Numbered from the stretch's first letter, positions 26,916 through 36,611 are shown. The stretch is DNA of 40,815 nt from an uncultured Candidatus Kuenenia sp. (GCA_964578555.1 CAZODJ010000005.1:1-40815), one strand, 5' to 3'. Numbers and translations are program-made. The notes: generated by a model from the sequence alone, not told the origin.

Positions 26916-29900
26916 GCGAAAACTCCTGCATCATGAAGACCGTGTGGGCGACATCCCGCCAGAGATCGCGGGAGGTGACCCGGGCTTCCGGCGCCACGCC
27001 GCGAGCCGTCGCACAGCGTTCGGCCACCGCCACGAGCCGCGCCACCTCGGCGGGATCCGGCGCCCGCGAGAGTGCTGCGCCGAGCATCGCCGTCACGCCA
27101 GCCTGCACGCTCTGCGGCGGCTCGGCCACAACGCGGCCGGCCCACTGCTCGGCCATCGCGAGCACGAACGGATCGTTGAGCAGCGCGAGGGCCTGCTCCG
27201 GCACCGTCGTGCGATCGCGCTTGCCGACGGTCACCCGCGGTATCGGCTGGTTGAAGATCGCGAGAAACCGCGGCGGCTCCATGAGCGTCATCTTGATGTA
27301 GAGGCTGCGGCGACCTTTGCCATCCACCGGCCCGCTCACGAGCCGCTTGGCCGCGTCTTCCTTCGGGCGGTGCGGATCGATTGGCGGGCCGCCGAGCGCG
27401 GGGTCGAGCCGGCCGGAGACGGCAAGCATCGTGTCGCGGATCGGCTCGGCCTCCAGCCGCCGCCGTGGGTGATGGTGCCAGAGCCGGTTTTCCGGATCGA
27501 CGGCGACGTTTTCCGCGCGGGCGGCGCTTGCCTGCCGCCAGGCCGCCGACCGCACGATCTCGCGGACGAGCTTCTTCGTCGACCAGCCCTCTTCCACGAA
27601 CCGGCTCGCCAGATGGTCGAGCAGCGGGCCGTGGACGGGCGGCTCGCCCAAGTGGCCGAAGTCGTCGGGCGTGCGGACGAGCCCCTCGCCGAAAAGGTGC
27701 TGCCACACGCGATTGACATAGACGCGGGCCGTGAGGGGATTGCGGGAATCGGCGATGCTCCGGGCGAGTTCGAGCCGGCCGCTTGACTGCGCGGCGGGCC
27801 GGGCCGGATCGGCGAGCGCGTCGGCCAAAAACCGGATCGTGCCCCGCGGCACGGCGTCGCCCAGGTCGGCGGCGTCGCCGCGGATCGCGATCCGGGCATC
27901 CTGCCCTTCGGACCACTCCTCCATCGAGCCGATCGTGCGGTCGGCGACGAGCAGTTTTTCGGCGGCGCGGTAGGAGGCTACGGCCTCGGCCACCGCCGGA
28001 TCATCGAGCACTGAATTGGCAAGCCACTTCTCCCGGAGCGACTCGTTGATCGTCTTGACGGCGTCGGCGTCGCAGGCCCCCGCAGCCCATTTCTCCACCG
28101 CGGCGAGCACGTGATCGGCGACCCGCGCCACCAGCGCGGCCCTGCCCGGCTCCCCGGCTGGCAGGCTGCCGGCCGCGAAGAGCGGCGCGAGGCCGCCCAC
28201 CTCGTCGAGCGGCCCCTTGCCTGGCGGATGCTCGACGACCTGCGTCACGCCAAACCACGACCGCGGATCGTCTTCGTCGGCCTTGGTGACGCCGCCGAGA
28301 CCGGTCCGTGGCGGGAAATAATTGTCGAGCGACTTCGTGACGAGTTCCAGCGACACACGGCGCGGGCGGGTGTCGGGTGGGCCGGTGAGCGACCTGAAAT
28401 CACCGGCCGTTACGGCCAGCCACGACCCCGGCTCGTGCTTGGCGTAGGCGATCCGCTCGGAGTGAAACGCGCGGTCGACGAGCACGGCGTTCGAGGCCTT
28501 CATGCCGCCGCCGTAGCCGACGGCGAAGTGCCGCGGCGGCCGCGCGAAAAGCTCCGGGCTGCGAACCGCGCCGGCCAGCCGCATCGAGTAGACGTGCGAC
28601 CAGCGGCCCGCCGGGAGAAGATGCAGAATGGCCGCGTCGCCCTCTGTCGGCACAACGATCTCGCCGTGGCCCACGAGGCCGTGATGCATGCCCCGGCCCT
28701 CAAACCGCCAGCCGCTCCAGTCTGCCGGGTCGGCGGAAGCGAAATCGGCGACCTCCCGCAGGTGCTCGCGGTTGTGGGCGATGCGGCGGTCGCGCTCGGC
28801 GGCAAAGGCCTCGGGCGTGGGCAGGGCCGCGGCCGGGAGCTTGAGGACCGCGGCGAGCGATTCGGGAAACGCCTTCGCAGCCGGATCAATGGCCACACTG
28901 CCGAGCCGTTCGACGAGCCCCGCGCGGTCGGCCCGCCAGCGGGCGGCGAGCGTCTTCACGAGCCGTGGCTTGATCCCGCGCAGTTCGGCGATTGTGGCAA
29001 CGTTTGGGTCGGAGGAGTCGGCGCACCGCGGGCTCCACCGCGTGCTCATGAAGATGCCGGTCAGGCGGTAGTAGTCGGCCTGGGCAATCGCATCGAGCTT
29101 GTGGTCGTGGCAGCGTGCGCAGCCGACCGTCGCGCCGAGGAAGGCCTTCGTCGTCGTGTCGACCATGTCGAAGACGTTTTCCTCGGTCACGTTATCGATC
29201 AAGGCGCTGTCGCCATGCCGCCGCTCGCCCATGCGGAGTGCCATCGGGCCGATGATCGACTCGTTGAGTCCCGAGGCGGGATCGACCCGCGGCTCGAGCA
29301 GGTCGCCTGCGATCTGTTCCAGGATCAGCCGGTCGAACGGCACGTCGGCATTGAACGCCCGCACGAGATAGTCGCGATACATCCAGGCGTTCTTGGCGGG
29401 CGTGTCCCATTCGTAGCCGTGCGTGTCGGAATAATGCACCACATCCATCCAGTGGCGGGCCTGCCGCTCGCCGTAGTGCGGGCTTTCGAGGAGCATTTCG
29501 ACGAGCCGGTCGTAGGCCGCGGGCGATGGATCGGCGATAAACGCGGCCGCGATGGCGGGGTCGGGCGGGAGGCCGGTGACCACGATCGCGAGTCGGCGGG
29601 CGAGCGTGGCGGCCGCGGCCTCTTCGGCTGGCCGCAGCCCTTTGGCCTCGAGCCCGGCGAGGATGAAGCGGTCGATGTCGGTCTGCGGCCACGAGGTGTC
29701 ATTCACGGCCGGCGCGGCGGGCCGCACGACGGGCTGGAGGCTCCACCATTTGAGCCGTTCGGCGTAGAGCTTTTCCCAGGCATCGGCGGCGGTGGTGGTT
29801 CGCGGATCGACCGCGCCGCGGGCGACCCACTCGACGAGCGTCGCGATCTCGGCGTCGGGCAGTTTTTCATCGGGGGGCATCGCGTAGTCGGCCTTCGTCC

Positions 29901-30225
29901 GCCGCACGGCCGCGACGAGCAGGCTCTCGTCGGGCTTGCCCGGCACGATGGCGGGGCCGGAGACGCCGCCCTTCTCCCAGCCCGAGCGGACGTCGAGGGC
30001 CAGGCCGCCGTTGATCTCGCCCTCGTGCGAGTGGCAGTCGAAGCACCGCTCGCGAAGGATCGGGAGCACGCGGTCGTTGAAGAACGCAGCGTCGTCAGGG
30101 GAGGCGGTGAAGGCGGCCGCTGCCGTGAGACCGAGCAAAGCGGCAAGGACTGCGCTGAAGACGTGGGGCCAGCCCGCTGACCGCGTGCTGAATGGAGCCG
30201 AGAAAATTCCGAGAACTCTCCGCAT
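26905..30225 (-). CDS. Planctomycete cytochrome c + DUF1549 + DUF1553 protein
   Basis: CFDCH; SPHYGERQARHWMD; CARCHDHKLD; NPLTARVYVNRVWQHLFGEGLV; RRLEAEPIRD. Confidence 0.93.
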   Translation of the reverse strand: MRRVLGIFSAPFSTRSAGWPHVFSAVLAALLGLTAAAAFTASPDDAAFFNDRVLPILRERCFDCHSHEGEINGGLALDVRSGWEKGGVSGPAIVPGKPDESLLVAAVRRTKADYAMPPDEKLPDAEIATLVEWVARGAVDPRTTTAADAWEKLYAERLKWWSLQPVVRPAAPAVNDTSWPQTDIDRFILAGLEAKGLRPAEEAAAATLARRLAIVVTGLPPDPAIAAAFIADPSPAAYDRLVEMLLESPHYGERQARHWMDVVHYSDTHGYEWDTPAKNAWMYRDYLVRAFNADVPFDRLILEQIAGDLLEPRVDPASGLNESIIGPMALRMGERRHGDSALIDNVTEENVFDMVDTTTKAFLGATVGCARCHDHKLDAIAQADYYRLTGIFMSTRWSPRCADSSDPNVATIAELRGIKPRLVKTLAARWRADRAGLVERLGSVAIDPAAKAFPESLAAVLKLPAAALPTPEAFAAERDRRIAHNREHLREVADFASADPADWSGWRFEGRGMHHGLVGHGEIVVPTEGDAAILHLLPAGRWSHVYSMRLAGAVRSPELFARPPRHFAVGYGGGMKASNAVLVDRAFHSERIAYAKHEPGSWLAVTAGDFRSLTGPPDTRPRRVSLELVTKSLDNYFPPRTGLGGVTKADEDDPRSWFGVTQVVEHPPGKGPLDEVGGLAPLFAAGSLPAGEPGRAALVARVADHVLAAVEKWAAGACDADAVKTINESLREKWLANSVLDDPAVAEAVASYRAAEKLLVADRTIGSMEEWSEGQDARIAIRGDAADLGDAVPRGTIRFLADALADPARPAAQSSGRLELARSIADSRNPLTARVYVNRVWQHLFGEGLVRTPDDFGHLGEPPVHGPLLDHLASRFVEEGWSTKKLVREIVRSAAWRQASAARAENVAVDPENRLWHHHPRRRLEAEPIRDTMLAVSGRLDPALGGPPIDPHRPKEDAAKRLVSGPVDGKGRRSLYIKMTLMEPPRFLAIFNQPIPRVTVGKRDRTTVPEQALALLNDPFVLAMAEQWAGRVVAEPPQSVQAGVTAMLGAALSRAPDPAEVARLVAVAERCATARGVAPEARVTSRDLWRDVAHTVFMMQEFSHVE

Positions 30226-30462
30226 CGTCGGGCATCCTCAAACCGCGGTGGCAGCTGACTCGACGCTTCGAGACCGCTTTCTTAAAATAGTACGAAAAAG
30301 TCATCGTCCTTCCATCGCAAATTGATTTCATTCGCGAATAAATTCCTCCAATTCGTCAAAAAGTGAGACGAAATGGTAACAAAATACTCCAAGGACATGA
30401 GGACCAATCCCCAAACCAGCGCAGTGGTTTTGGTTGCTGCAAATTGTAGAGTTCCATGGGCA

Positions 30463-30500
30463 TTGACCCGCGATCGACGATTGGTTATACCAAAGGTATG
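30463..30500 (+). promoter_or_regulatory. Sigma70-type leaderless promoter with overlapping palindromic operator
   Basis: TTGACC-17 bp-TATACC, 6 nt to ATG 30498; ATACC-aaa-GGTAT palindrome spans the -10 and the start codon. Confidence 0.7.
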
Positions 30501-30734
30501 AAGACAGCTGTTTCGATTCCTGACGACGTCTTCGCGGATGCCGAGAGACTGGCATCTCGGCTCCGGACTTCCCGCAGCCAACTCTATGCCCGGGCACTCG
30601 CCGAGTTCGTCGCCCGCCATGATGACGACCGAGTCACGTCGCTGATGGATCAGGCCGTTCGAGAAGCGGGCGGTGATGCCGACGTTTTTATCCAGGCAGC
30701 TGCTCAGCAATCGCTTCAGCGGGTCGAATGGTAA
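30498..30734 (+). CDS. RHH-type antitoxin of a MazF/PemK module
   Basis: MKTAVSIPDDVFADAERLA...SRSQLYARAL; overlaps the toxin start. Confidence 0.87.
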   Translation: MKTAVSIPDDVFADAERLASRLRTSRSQLYARALAEFVARHDDDRVTSLMDQAVREAGGDADVFIQAAAQQSLQRVEW

Positions 30735-31072
30735 TCGCCCAATCTGAAGTTTGGTGGGCCGACCTCGCTGAACCCATAGGCTCAGCCCCGGGCTATTGCC
30801 GGCCGGTGATCGTCATGCAGTCGGATCCGCTGAACCAAAGCCAGATTGCGACCGTCGTATGTGTCGCCCTGACAAGCAACCTGCGTTGGTCTGTCGCCCC
30901 CGGCAATGTGCTTCTCAAGGCGAAGCACACTGGATTAGACCGCGATTCCGTCGCTAACGTGTCGCAACTTGTGACCGTCGATAAACGGCAATTGACCGAG
31001 CGAGTCGGCAAAATCCCCAAGCGACAGATGGAAGCCATCCTCTCCGGTATCGACCTTGTGATGGGCCGATAA
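30728..31072 (+). CDS. mazF: MazF/PemK-family endoribonuclease toxin
   Basis: EVWWADLAEPIGSAPGYCRPVIVMQSD; LTSN; DSVANVSQLVTVDK. Confidence 0.92.
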   Translation: MVIAQSEVWWADLAEPIGSAPGYCRPVIVMQSDPLNQSQIATVVCVALTSNLRWSVAPGNVLLKAKHTGLDRDSVANVSQLVTVDKRQLTERVGKIPKRQMEAILSGIDLVMGR

Positions 31073-31109
31073 GGTACCCCGCGCGGAGGGTGCAAGGCCC
31101 GCGGCGCTA

Positions 31110-32633
31110 TCACTCGGCGTAGACGTCGATCTCGCCGAAGAATGTCGTGAAGTTGAGTTCACGACCGTCGTGATTCATGCCCGGCGTGGGCTGCACGACG
31201 AAGAGCAGGTGCCGATAGTGGCCAAGCGTGCCACGGGCTGACGTGATCGACGAAGCCTGCTGCGCCGGCCGGGCGATGCCGGCCAGACCAAAATACTCGT
31301 CGGAGTTGACACGGGCGATGAGCGTCCAGCCCGCTGCGGGGGGGCCGTCACCAAGAGCAGGCGGTTCTTCATCCGCCGATCCATACAGGACATAATTTTG
31401 TGCGGCCCGCTCGCGATGAGCCTCGCGAAGACCGGGGTCGAAGCCCGGGTTGAGACAGCGGTGCCAGGAATAGACGTTGACCTTGGAAACCGTGATCGGC
31501 GTTCCGAGATCGAGGAGCAAACCCCCCGTTTCGTTATCAGCAAAGTAGAGCGACTCCTCCGGAGCATCCGGGTTCGACTGCCCTCTGCCATCGAGAAGGA
31601 TCGTGGGGGCCGCGCTGGCGATGCTCTTGCGGGGGTTCTCATAAAGCTTGCCAAACACGCGGCGGATACTCGCCTGACCGGAGTACGCATCAGCCGCATC
31701 ATCGGCGGTCGGTGGCTCGATCGTGGGAAATTCGAAGTCGGGAGTCTCGTCACCCCGCTCAATCCGTGTGATCACCTGGCGATGGCCCGGCTCGATCTCC
31801 ATCAATTCTCCGGCCCGGAGCAGGTGGCCGGTGTCTCGATCTCCGGCATGAAAACTGACCAGTCCCGAAGAGACGCCGATCCGGCAGCGGCCGTCGGGAA
31901 GCGCCTCGGCGACAAATTCGGTGCCGAGATCGACGATCCGGCCGGTACGGGTGCGGATGGTAAAACCTTTCGACTCCGGCGTATCGGCCGTCACGGCCAC
32001 ACGGCCCATCGTGAGGATCGCCGCGAGCGCCGACTCGGCCTCGAAGATGGCCGGGCCGATGAGTCGCACCGCGGCGCCGCTGGCGAAGTTGAGTCGCACG
32101 CTGCCACTAGCCAGTTCGATCCGTTGGCCCGATCGGAGCGGGTCACCCTCGCGGACGACCGTGTCGGCAGCCACCCACTGCGCTGCTTCGACACTGCCGA
32201 ATGAGCCGACCACGTGCGCGACGGGCGGCACGACCGTCGCGGCCGCCACCGCGGTTTTCGTTCCAGATGGCGGTGGCGGACTCTGGGAACCGTTCGTCAT
32301 CCAGAGCGTCGCGGCGATGAGGATACCCAGCACGACCACCCCAGCCCATGCGGCCGAGAGCAAGCCACCGCGACCTGCCCGAGTCGAGGCATGAGTGGCC
32401 GTCCGCCGGCTCCCCGGCGAAGCCAATTCCGCGATCACAGAGAGATCGACCGGATCGACGAAGTGGGGGGAGGTAAGCAGCGTGGCATGGAGTTCGGTGC
32501 GGAGCAGGTATTCGTCGAGCGCGGCGTCATCGGACCGCAGCAGTTCGCCGAGGAGGGTGAGTGCCTGCTCATCGGCTGTGCCGTGGCAGGCCGCCGCGAC
32601 CGCGTCGTCAAACTCCGGCGACGGAAACCTCAC
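31110..32633 (-). CDS. FecR-like anti-sigma factor with C-terminal discoidin/galactose-binding-like domain
   Basis: Start moved to GTG 32633 (GTGA overlap with sigma stop); LGELLRSDDAALDEYL, TM helix, GAAVRLIGPA, IVDLGTEF; then LLLDLGTPITVSKVNVYSWH...TFFGEIDVY. Confidence 0.78.
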   Translation of the reverse strand: MRFPSPEFDDAVAAACHGTADEQALTLLGELLRSDDAALDEYLLRTELHATLLTSPHFVDPVDLSVIAELASPGSRRTATHASTRAGRGGLLSAAWAGVVVLGILIAATLWMTNGSQSPPPPSGTKTAVAAATVVPPVAHVVGSFGSVEAAQWVAADTVVREGDPLRSGQRIELASGSVRLNFASGAAVRLIGPAIFEAESALAAILTMGRVAVTADTPESKGFTIRTRTGRIVDLGTEFVAEALPDGRCRIGVSSGLVSFHAGDRDTGHLLRAGELMEIEPGHRQVITRIERGDETPDFEFPTIEPPTADDAADAYSGQASIRRVFGKLYENPRKSIASAAPTILLDGRGQSNPDAPEESLYFADNETGGLLLDLGTPITVSKVNVYSWHRCLNPGFDPGLREAHRERAAQNYVLYGSADEEPPALGDGPPAAGWTLIARVNSDEYFGLAGIARPAQQASSITSARGTLGHYRHLLFVVQPTPGMNHDGRELNFTTFFGEIDVYAE

Positions 32634-33199
32634 GCTGCTCCCCCTGCCCGCTCGGCTTGTTCGATGCACTCCTGCAGGGCATGGCGAATCCGCTGCAGTG
32701 CCTTGTAGACGGCATCGACCGTGCGGCCGGCCTCGGCCGCCACACCCCCGACCGTCTGCTTGCGGAAGTAATAGCCCTCGATGATCGCCCGCTGGCCGGC
32801 GGGCAGTTTGTCGAGGCAGGTTTCCAGGTGCCTGAGTCGCTCATGGATGGCGGGCAGCGCCGCCTCCCGCCGGTCGGCGATCCGCTCAGCCAGACCGTCG
32901 GTGAGCAGCGTCCTCCAGCGGCGCTTTCGCTCGAGCCACTGTTTGGCCACGTTGAGAGCAAACCGGCAGGCGAGCGGCGTGAACGGCAGCGAGAGGTCAA
33001 ACTGCTCGAACTTTCGCCAGAGTTCCACGGCCGTCTGCTGCATGATCTCGTCGGCATCCTCGCGGGCCGGCGCAATCGCGCAGACATACCGGTACACCTC
33101 CCGCTCGCTGGCCAAAAAAAGCGACAAAAACCGCTCCTGGGACCGCTCTGGGGAGCGATCCTGCGGCGGTCGATCGGGGCTGGGCGGGGTGGCTGGCAT
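32630..33199 (-). CDS. ECF sigma-70 factor (Rhodopirellula/Verrucomicrobium type)
   Basis: DADEIMQQTAVELWRKF; AVYKALQRIRHALQECIE; TAGATT lies 6 nt upstream of the ATG. Confidence 0.92.
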   Translation of the reverse strand: MPATPPSPDRPPQDRSPERSQERFLSLFLASEREVYRYVCAIAPAREDADEIMQQTAVELWRKFEQFDLSLPFTPLACRFALNVAKQWLERKRRWRTLLTDGLAERIADRREAALPAIHERLRHLETCLDKLPAGQRAIIEGYYFRKQTVGGVAAEAGRTVDAVYKALQRIRHALQECIEQAERAGGAA

Positions 33200-33352
33200 A
33201 CGACAAATCTACCTCTCCCCCGACCGAGCCCCGCCGTTTGGACATCCGGCCGGAATCGGCCCCCCCAATGATGGCCTGGCCCGCTACCTCATGCCATGCG
33301 GAACGCCGGCTTTGCTCCCCTCGGGTGCGGCGAACGGAGTTAAGATGGAACC

Positions 33353-33952
33353 ATGGACACGATGCTTGAAATCGCCAAACGAGTGGACGACTTCATGATG
33401 GCACGGTCGCCAGTCCACGACACGATGCGCAGGCTTGCCCGGGCGTTGGCAGATCTTGGAATTCCCTTCGCGATCGCCGGAGCCATGGCCGCCAACGCCC
33501 ATGGCCACCGAAGAACGACGGCCGACGTGGATGTCCTGGTGCGACGGGAAGACCTTGTACGGTTCAAAGACCGATGGATAGGTCGCGGATGGCTGGATCT
33601 TTTCGAGGGCTCAAAGGGTTTTCGAGACGCGTCGAACGGAGTGAAAGTCGATGTGCTGATCGTGGGTGACTACCCGGGCGATGGCAGACCCAAGCCAGTG
33701 TCGTTTCCAGAACCGGAATCAGTGCGGGAAGTTCATGACGAACGTGTGCCCTACGTCAACCTTGTGTCCTTGCTTGAACTGAAGATCGCCAGTGGAATGA
33801 CGGCCGCCCATCGCCTTCAGGACCTGGCGGATGCAATCCAGTTGATCCGCGTAAACACGCTGCCCCAAGAGTACTCGGGAAAACTCAATCCGTTCGTCCG
33901 CGGCAAGTTCGATGAACTCTGGCACGCCGCACAAGTCTCGGAAGACTACTGA
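33353..33952 (+). CDS. Stand-alone nucleotidyltransferase-fold protein (AbiEii/MNT-like)
   Basis: IPFAIAGAMAANAHGHRRTTADVDVLV, LLELK, R.QDLAD motifs; TAAGAT lies 6 nt upstream of the ATG. Confidence 0.8.
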   Translation: MDTMLEIAKRVDDFMMARSPVHDTMRRLARALADLGIPFAIAGAMAANAHGHRRTTADVDVLVRREDLVRFKDRWIGRGWLDLFEGSKGFRDASNGVKVDVLIVGDYPGDGRPKPVSFPEPESVREVHDERVPYVNLVSLLELKIASGMTAAHRLQDLADAIQLIRVNTLPQEYSGKLNPFVRGKFDELWHAAQVSEDY

Positions 33953-33967
33953 GCTGGCGACGGGCGA

Positions 33968-34795
33968 TCACGGCCTTGGCGTGACCGCTGCCTGCCGCGG
34001 CGTGCGTGCCCGGCGGTATCCCGACGGAGTCAGCCCGGTGTGCCGCCGGAAGTGCTGCGTGAAGTTGCTCTGGTCGCAAAAACCTAGCCGCTGCGACACT
34101 TCCAGGATCGGCTCCGCGGCCGTCCGTAGCGCCTCGCAGGCGGCGCGGATGCGGCACTTCATCCAATAACTGCGCGGGCTGAACGAGAAGATTTCCTGGA
34201 ACGACCGCTGCAACTGCCGCGGCGACATGTCGCAGGCACGAGCCAGACGGGCCAAGGGGGGGAAACGCACGAGGTCGGCCTGCAGGAGCCTGACGGCCGG
34301 GGCCAGACGGCTGCCCACCGCGCCCGGTGGCATGCGGCCGCGGCAGGCCCGCAGCGTGCCCATCACGCCGATCACCTCCCCCGAGCGGTCGAAGATCGGG
34401 TATTTGTTCGTCTCGTACCAGTCGGGGATGCCCAGTTCGTCGAACCACACGTCGACGTGGCCCACCAGCGGCCTCCGAGTCTCGATCACGATGCGGTCGT
34501 CGGCGCGGTAGTGGGCGGCGAAGGGCCCGGGCGTGAGGTCGTCGTCGGTCGCCCCGAGCATCTGGGTGTCGTTGGTGAGCCCGATGTGCGGCAGGATGCC
34601 GCGGCTGAAGAAGAGCGTCTCGCCGGCGAGATTCTTGGCGAAAAACAGCGTGTCGCCGAGGCCGTCGAAGGCCCGATGGAAGTGGCTCTCCGGCGCGATC
34701 GCGTCGAGAAACGTCCGCTGTTCGGCGGCCCAGTCGCGTGCGGGCGTTTCGTTCGGGCGGTGGAATGTCAGGCTGTGGGAGGACTGCGTCGCCAT
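33968..34795 (-). CDS. PAS-domain AraC-family transcriptional regulator
   Basis: ATG 34795 follows AAGGAG; FFAKN, TNKYPIFDRSGEVIGVMG; GFCDQSNFTQHFRRHTGLTPSGYR. Confidence 0.92.
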   Translation of the reverse strand: MATQSSHSLTFHRPNETPARDWAAEQRTFLDAIAPESHFHRAFDGLGDTLFFAKNLAGETLFFSRGILPHIGLTNDTQMLGATDDDLTPGPFAAHYRADDRIVIETRRPLVGHVDVWFDELGIPDWYETNKYPIFDRSGEVIGVMGTLRACRGRMPPGAVGSRLAPAVRLLQADLVRFPPLARLARACDMSPRQLQRSFQEIFSFSPRSYWMKCRIRAACEALRTAAEPILEVSQRLGFCDQSNFTQHFRRHTGLTPSGYRRARTPRQAAVTPRP

Positions 34796-34906
34796 CGGGC
34801 GAGACTCCTTTCGGGCGTGGACCACCGGCGCGGGCTCCCCGCCCCGGGCGACATCATACGGGCGGGTCAGGCCGATGTGGACAGGGCCGACAGCCGGCCG
34901 ATGGTG

Positions 34907-35605
34907 TCACCCCGCCGCGACATCCTGGCCCTGGACCGCCTGACAGATGAGCCGCAGCGATCCTTCGAGATCGCCCGTCGCCGTCTTGAAGGCGTGGGCA
35001 TCGACCGTGAGCGGGGCGCCGAGCACCACCAGTGGCGCGCCGTACTGTGGGCAGCGGATTGCCTGCTCGACAGACAGCCCCCCCACCGCCTGCACCGGAA
35101 GCTGCACCGCCGCCACGACCTCGCGGAGCTGGTCGAGTGGGCTCGGCATCCGCCGACCGCCCGCGGCGATCCCGCGCCGCTCGTCGTAGCCGATGTGATG
35201 GATCACATAATCGCAGCCCAGGTCTTCGAGCGCCTTCGCGGCCGCCACCATGTCGGGGCAGCCAAGGTTGTCACCCATCACCTTGCAGCCGAAGTCGGCG
35301 CCGGCCTTGACGACGCATTTGATCGTCTCCTCGTGGGCCCTGGCCATCACCACGACATGCGTGGCTCCGGCCTTGGCCATCATCTCGGCCTCCAGGTAGC
35401 CGCCATCCATCGTCTTCAGGTCGGCCACGATCGGCACCCCGGGAAATGCCTCCCGCAGCCGGCGGACGCCGTGCAGCCCCTCGGCCAGGATCAGCGGCGT
35501 ACCCGCCTCCAGCCAATCGACGCCGGCCCGCATGGCGACCGCGGCCGTTTCGAGGGCCTCGCCGATGTCGGTGAGGTCGAGCGATATCTGCACGATCGGT
35601 TTCAT
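34907..35605 (-). CDS. 3-hexulose-6-phosphate synthase / KGPDC-like enzyme (OMPDC-HUMPS family)
   Basis: VQISLD, WLEAGTPLI, IVADLKTMDGGYLEA. Confidence 0.88.
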   Translation of the reverse strand: MKPIVQISLDLTDIGEALETAAVAMRAGVDWLEAGTPLILAEGLHGVRRLREAFPGVPIVADLKTMDGGYLEAEMMAKAGATHVVVMARAHEETIKCVVKAGADFGCKVMGDNLGCPDMVAAAKALEDLGCDYVIHHIGYDERRGIAAGGRRMPSPLDQLREVVAAVQLPVQAVGGLSVEQAIRCPQYGAPLVVLGAPLTVDAHAFKTATGDLEGSLRLICQAVQGQDVAAG

Positions 35606-35613
35606 CGGGAGCG

Positions 35614-35658
35614 AGATTACCGGCGGCGGGCGGCGGCCTTCTGTAGTGAAAGCGACAT
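35614..35658 (-). promoter_or_regulatory. Operator ATGTCGCTTTCACTACAGA plus -10 TAATCT
   Basis: The 19-bp site (35640-35658) lies 20 bp upstream of the -10 (35614-35619); 17/19 identical to the site at 38737-38755. Confidence 0.75.
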
Positions 35659-36611
35659 CACTCCATCGGAGAATTGCGGCCGGCCGGCCAGTGGGTGGCG
35701 ATCTTCCCTCGCAGGAAAGCCACGCTCCGTTCGAGCTGCTCCATGCCGTCGACGCCGTCCTCGATGCTGATCCAGCCGCGGAATCCTTTTCCGGCGAGCT
35801 CCGAGAAGATCGCGTCGTAGTCGTTGAGGCCCTTGCCGATCTCGCCGTGCTTCAGCCGCCGGGCGTAGCCCACCGAGCCCTCCTCTTCGCGCCGCAGGTC
35901 GGCGAGCGTGCCCGATACGAGCGACCGGTCGCTGGCGTGCATCGTCACCACGCGGTACGACACGCGGCGCAACAGTTCCAGCGGGTCGTCGCCGGCGAGA
36001 AACGCATTGCTCGGGTCGTAGTTGACCCCGAAGTGCGGGTCGTCGATCGCGTCGACGAGCGCACAAAACAGGTCGATCTTCTGGGCAAACTCGGGATACT
36101 CCCAGAAATCGTCCTTGTAGTGGTTTTCGAGGATCAGCGTCACGCCGTGGGCGGCCGCGTGGGGCAGGCAGGCCCGGATCGAGTCGGCCGCGAGTTGCAC
36201 GCCCTCGGCGGGCGAGAGCTCGGGTCGCCGCTGGCCCGAGAGCACCCGGCAGTAGGAGCCGCCGAGCGTCGCCGTCATCTCGATCCACCGCTTCTGCTTG
36301 GCGATTTCGCGGGCCCGAAACGCCGCGTCGGGATGCGTGAAATCGGGGGAACAGCAGAGCATCGGGATCGTCATCCCGTGCCCCTCCACCTCGCGGCGAA
36401 ACCGCGGCCAGTTGGCCTCGTCGGCCATCTCGAGGAATCCCGCATACCACTCGAGGCCATCGACGCCCAGCGGCGCGGCCAGCCGGATCCAGTCCGACAC
36501 GCTCATCCCTCCGTCCTTGCAAAGCGGCTGCATGAACGCCTTCGGGAAGGCGGCCAGCCGCGGGGCGGCGGTCGATGTGACGGAGGTGGCCGCAGAGGCG
36601 GATGGTGTCAT
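35658..36611 (-). CDS. Sugar phosphate isomerase/epimerase (xylose-isomerase-like TIM barrel)
   Basis: VDGLEWY, CRVLSG, LILENH, GVNYDPSN, MHASD, WISIED. Confidence 0.9.
   Translation of the reverse strand: MTPSASAATSVTSTAAPRLAAFPKAFMQPLCKDGGMSVSDWIRLAAPLGVDGLEWYAGFLEMADEANWPRFRREVEGHGMTIPMLCCSPDFTHPDAAFRAREIAKQKRWIEMTATLGGSYCRVLSGQRRPELSPAEGVQLAADSIRACLPHAAAHGVTLILENHYKDDFWEYPEFAQKIDLFCALVDAIDDPHFGVNYDPSNAFLAGDDPLELLRRVSYRVVTMHASDRSLVSGTLADLRREEEGSVGYARRLKHGEIGKGLNDYDAIFSELAGKGFRGWISIEDGVDGMEQLERSVAFLRGKIATHWPAGRNSPME

Noticed and set aside
30282-30710. 142-aa minus-strand ORF across the antitoxin
   Set aside because: Antisense to a well-supported antitoxin and its promoter; no recognisable motif.
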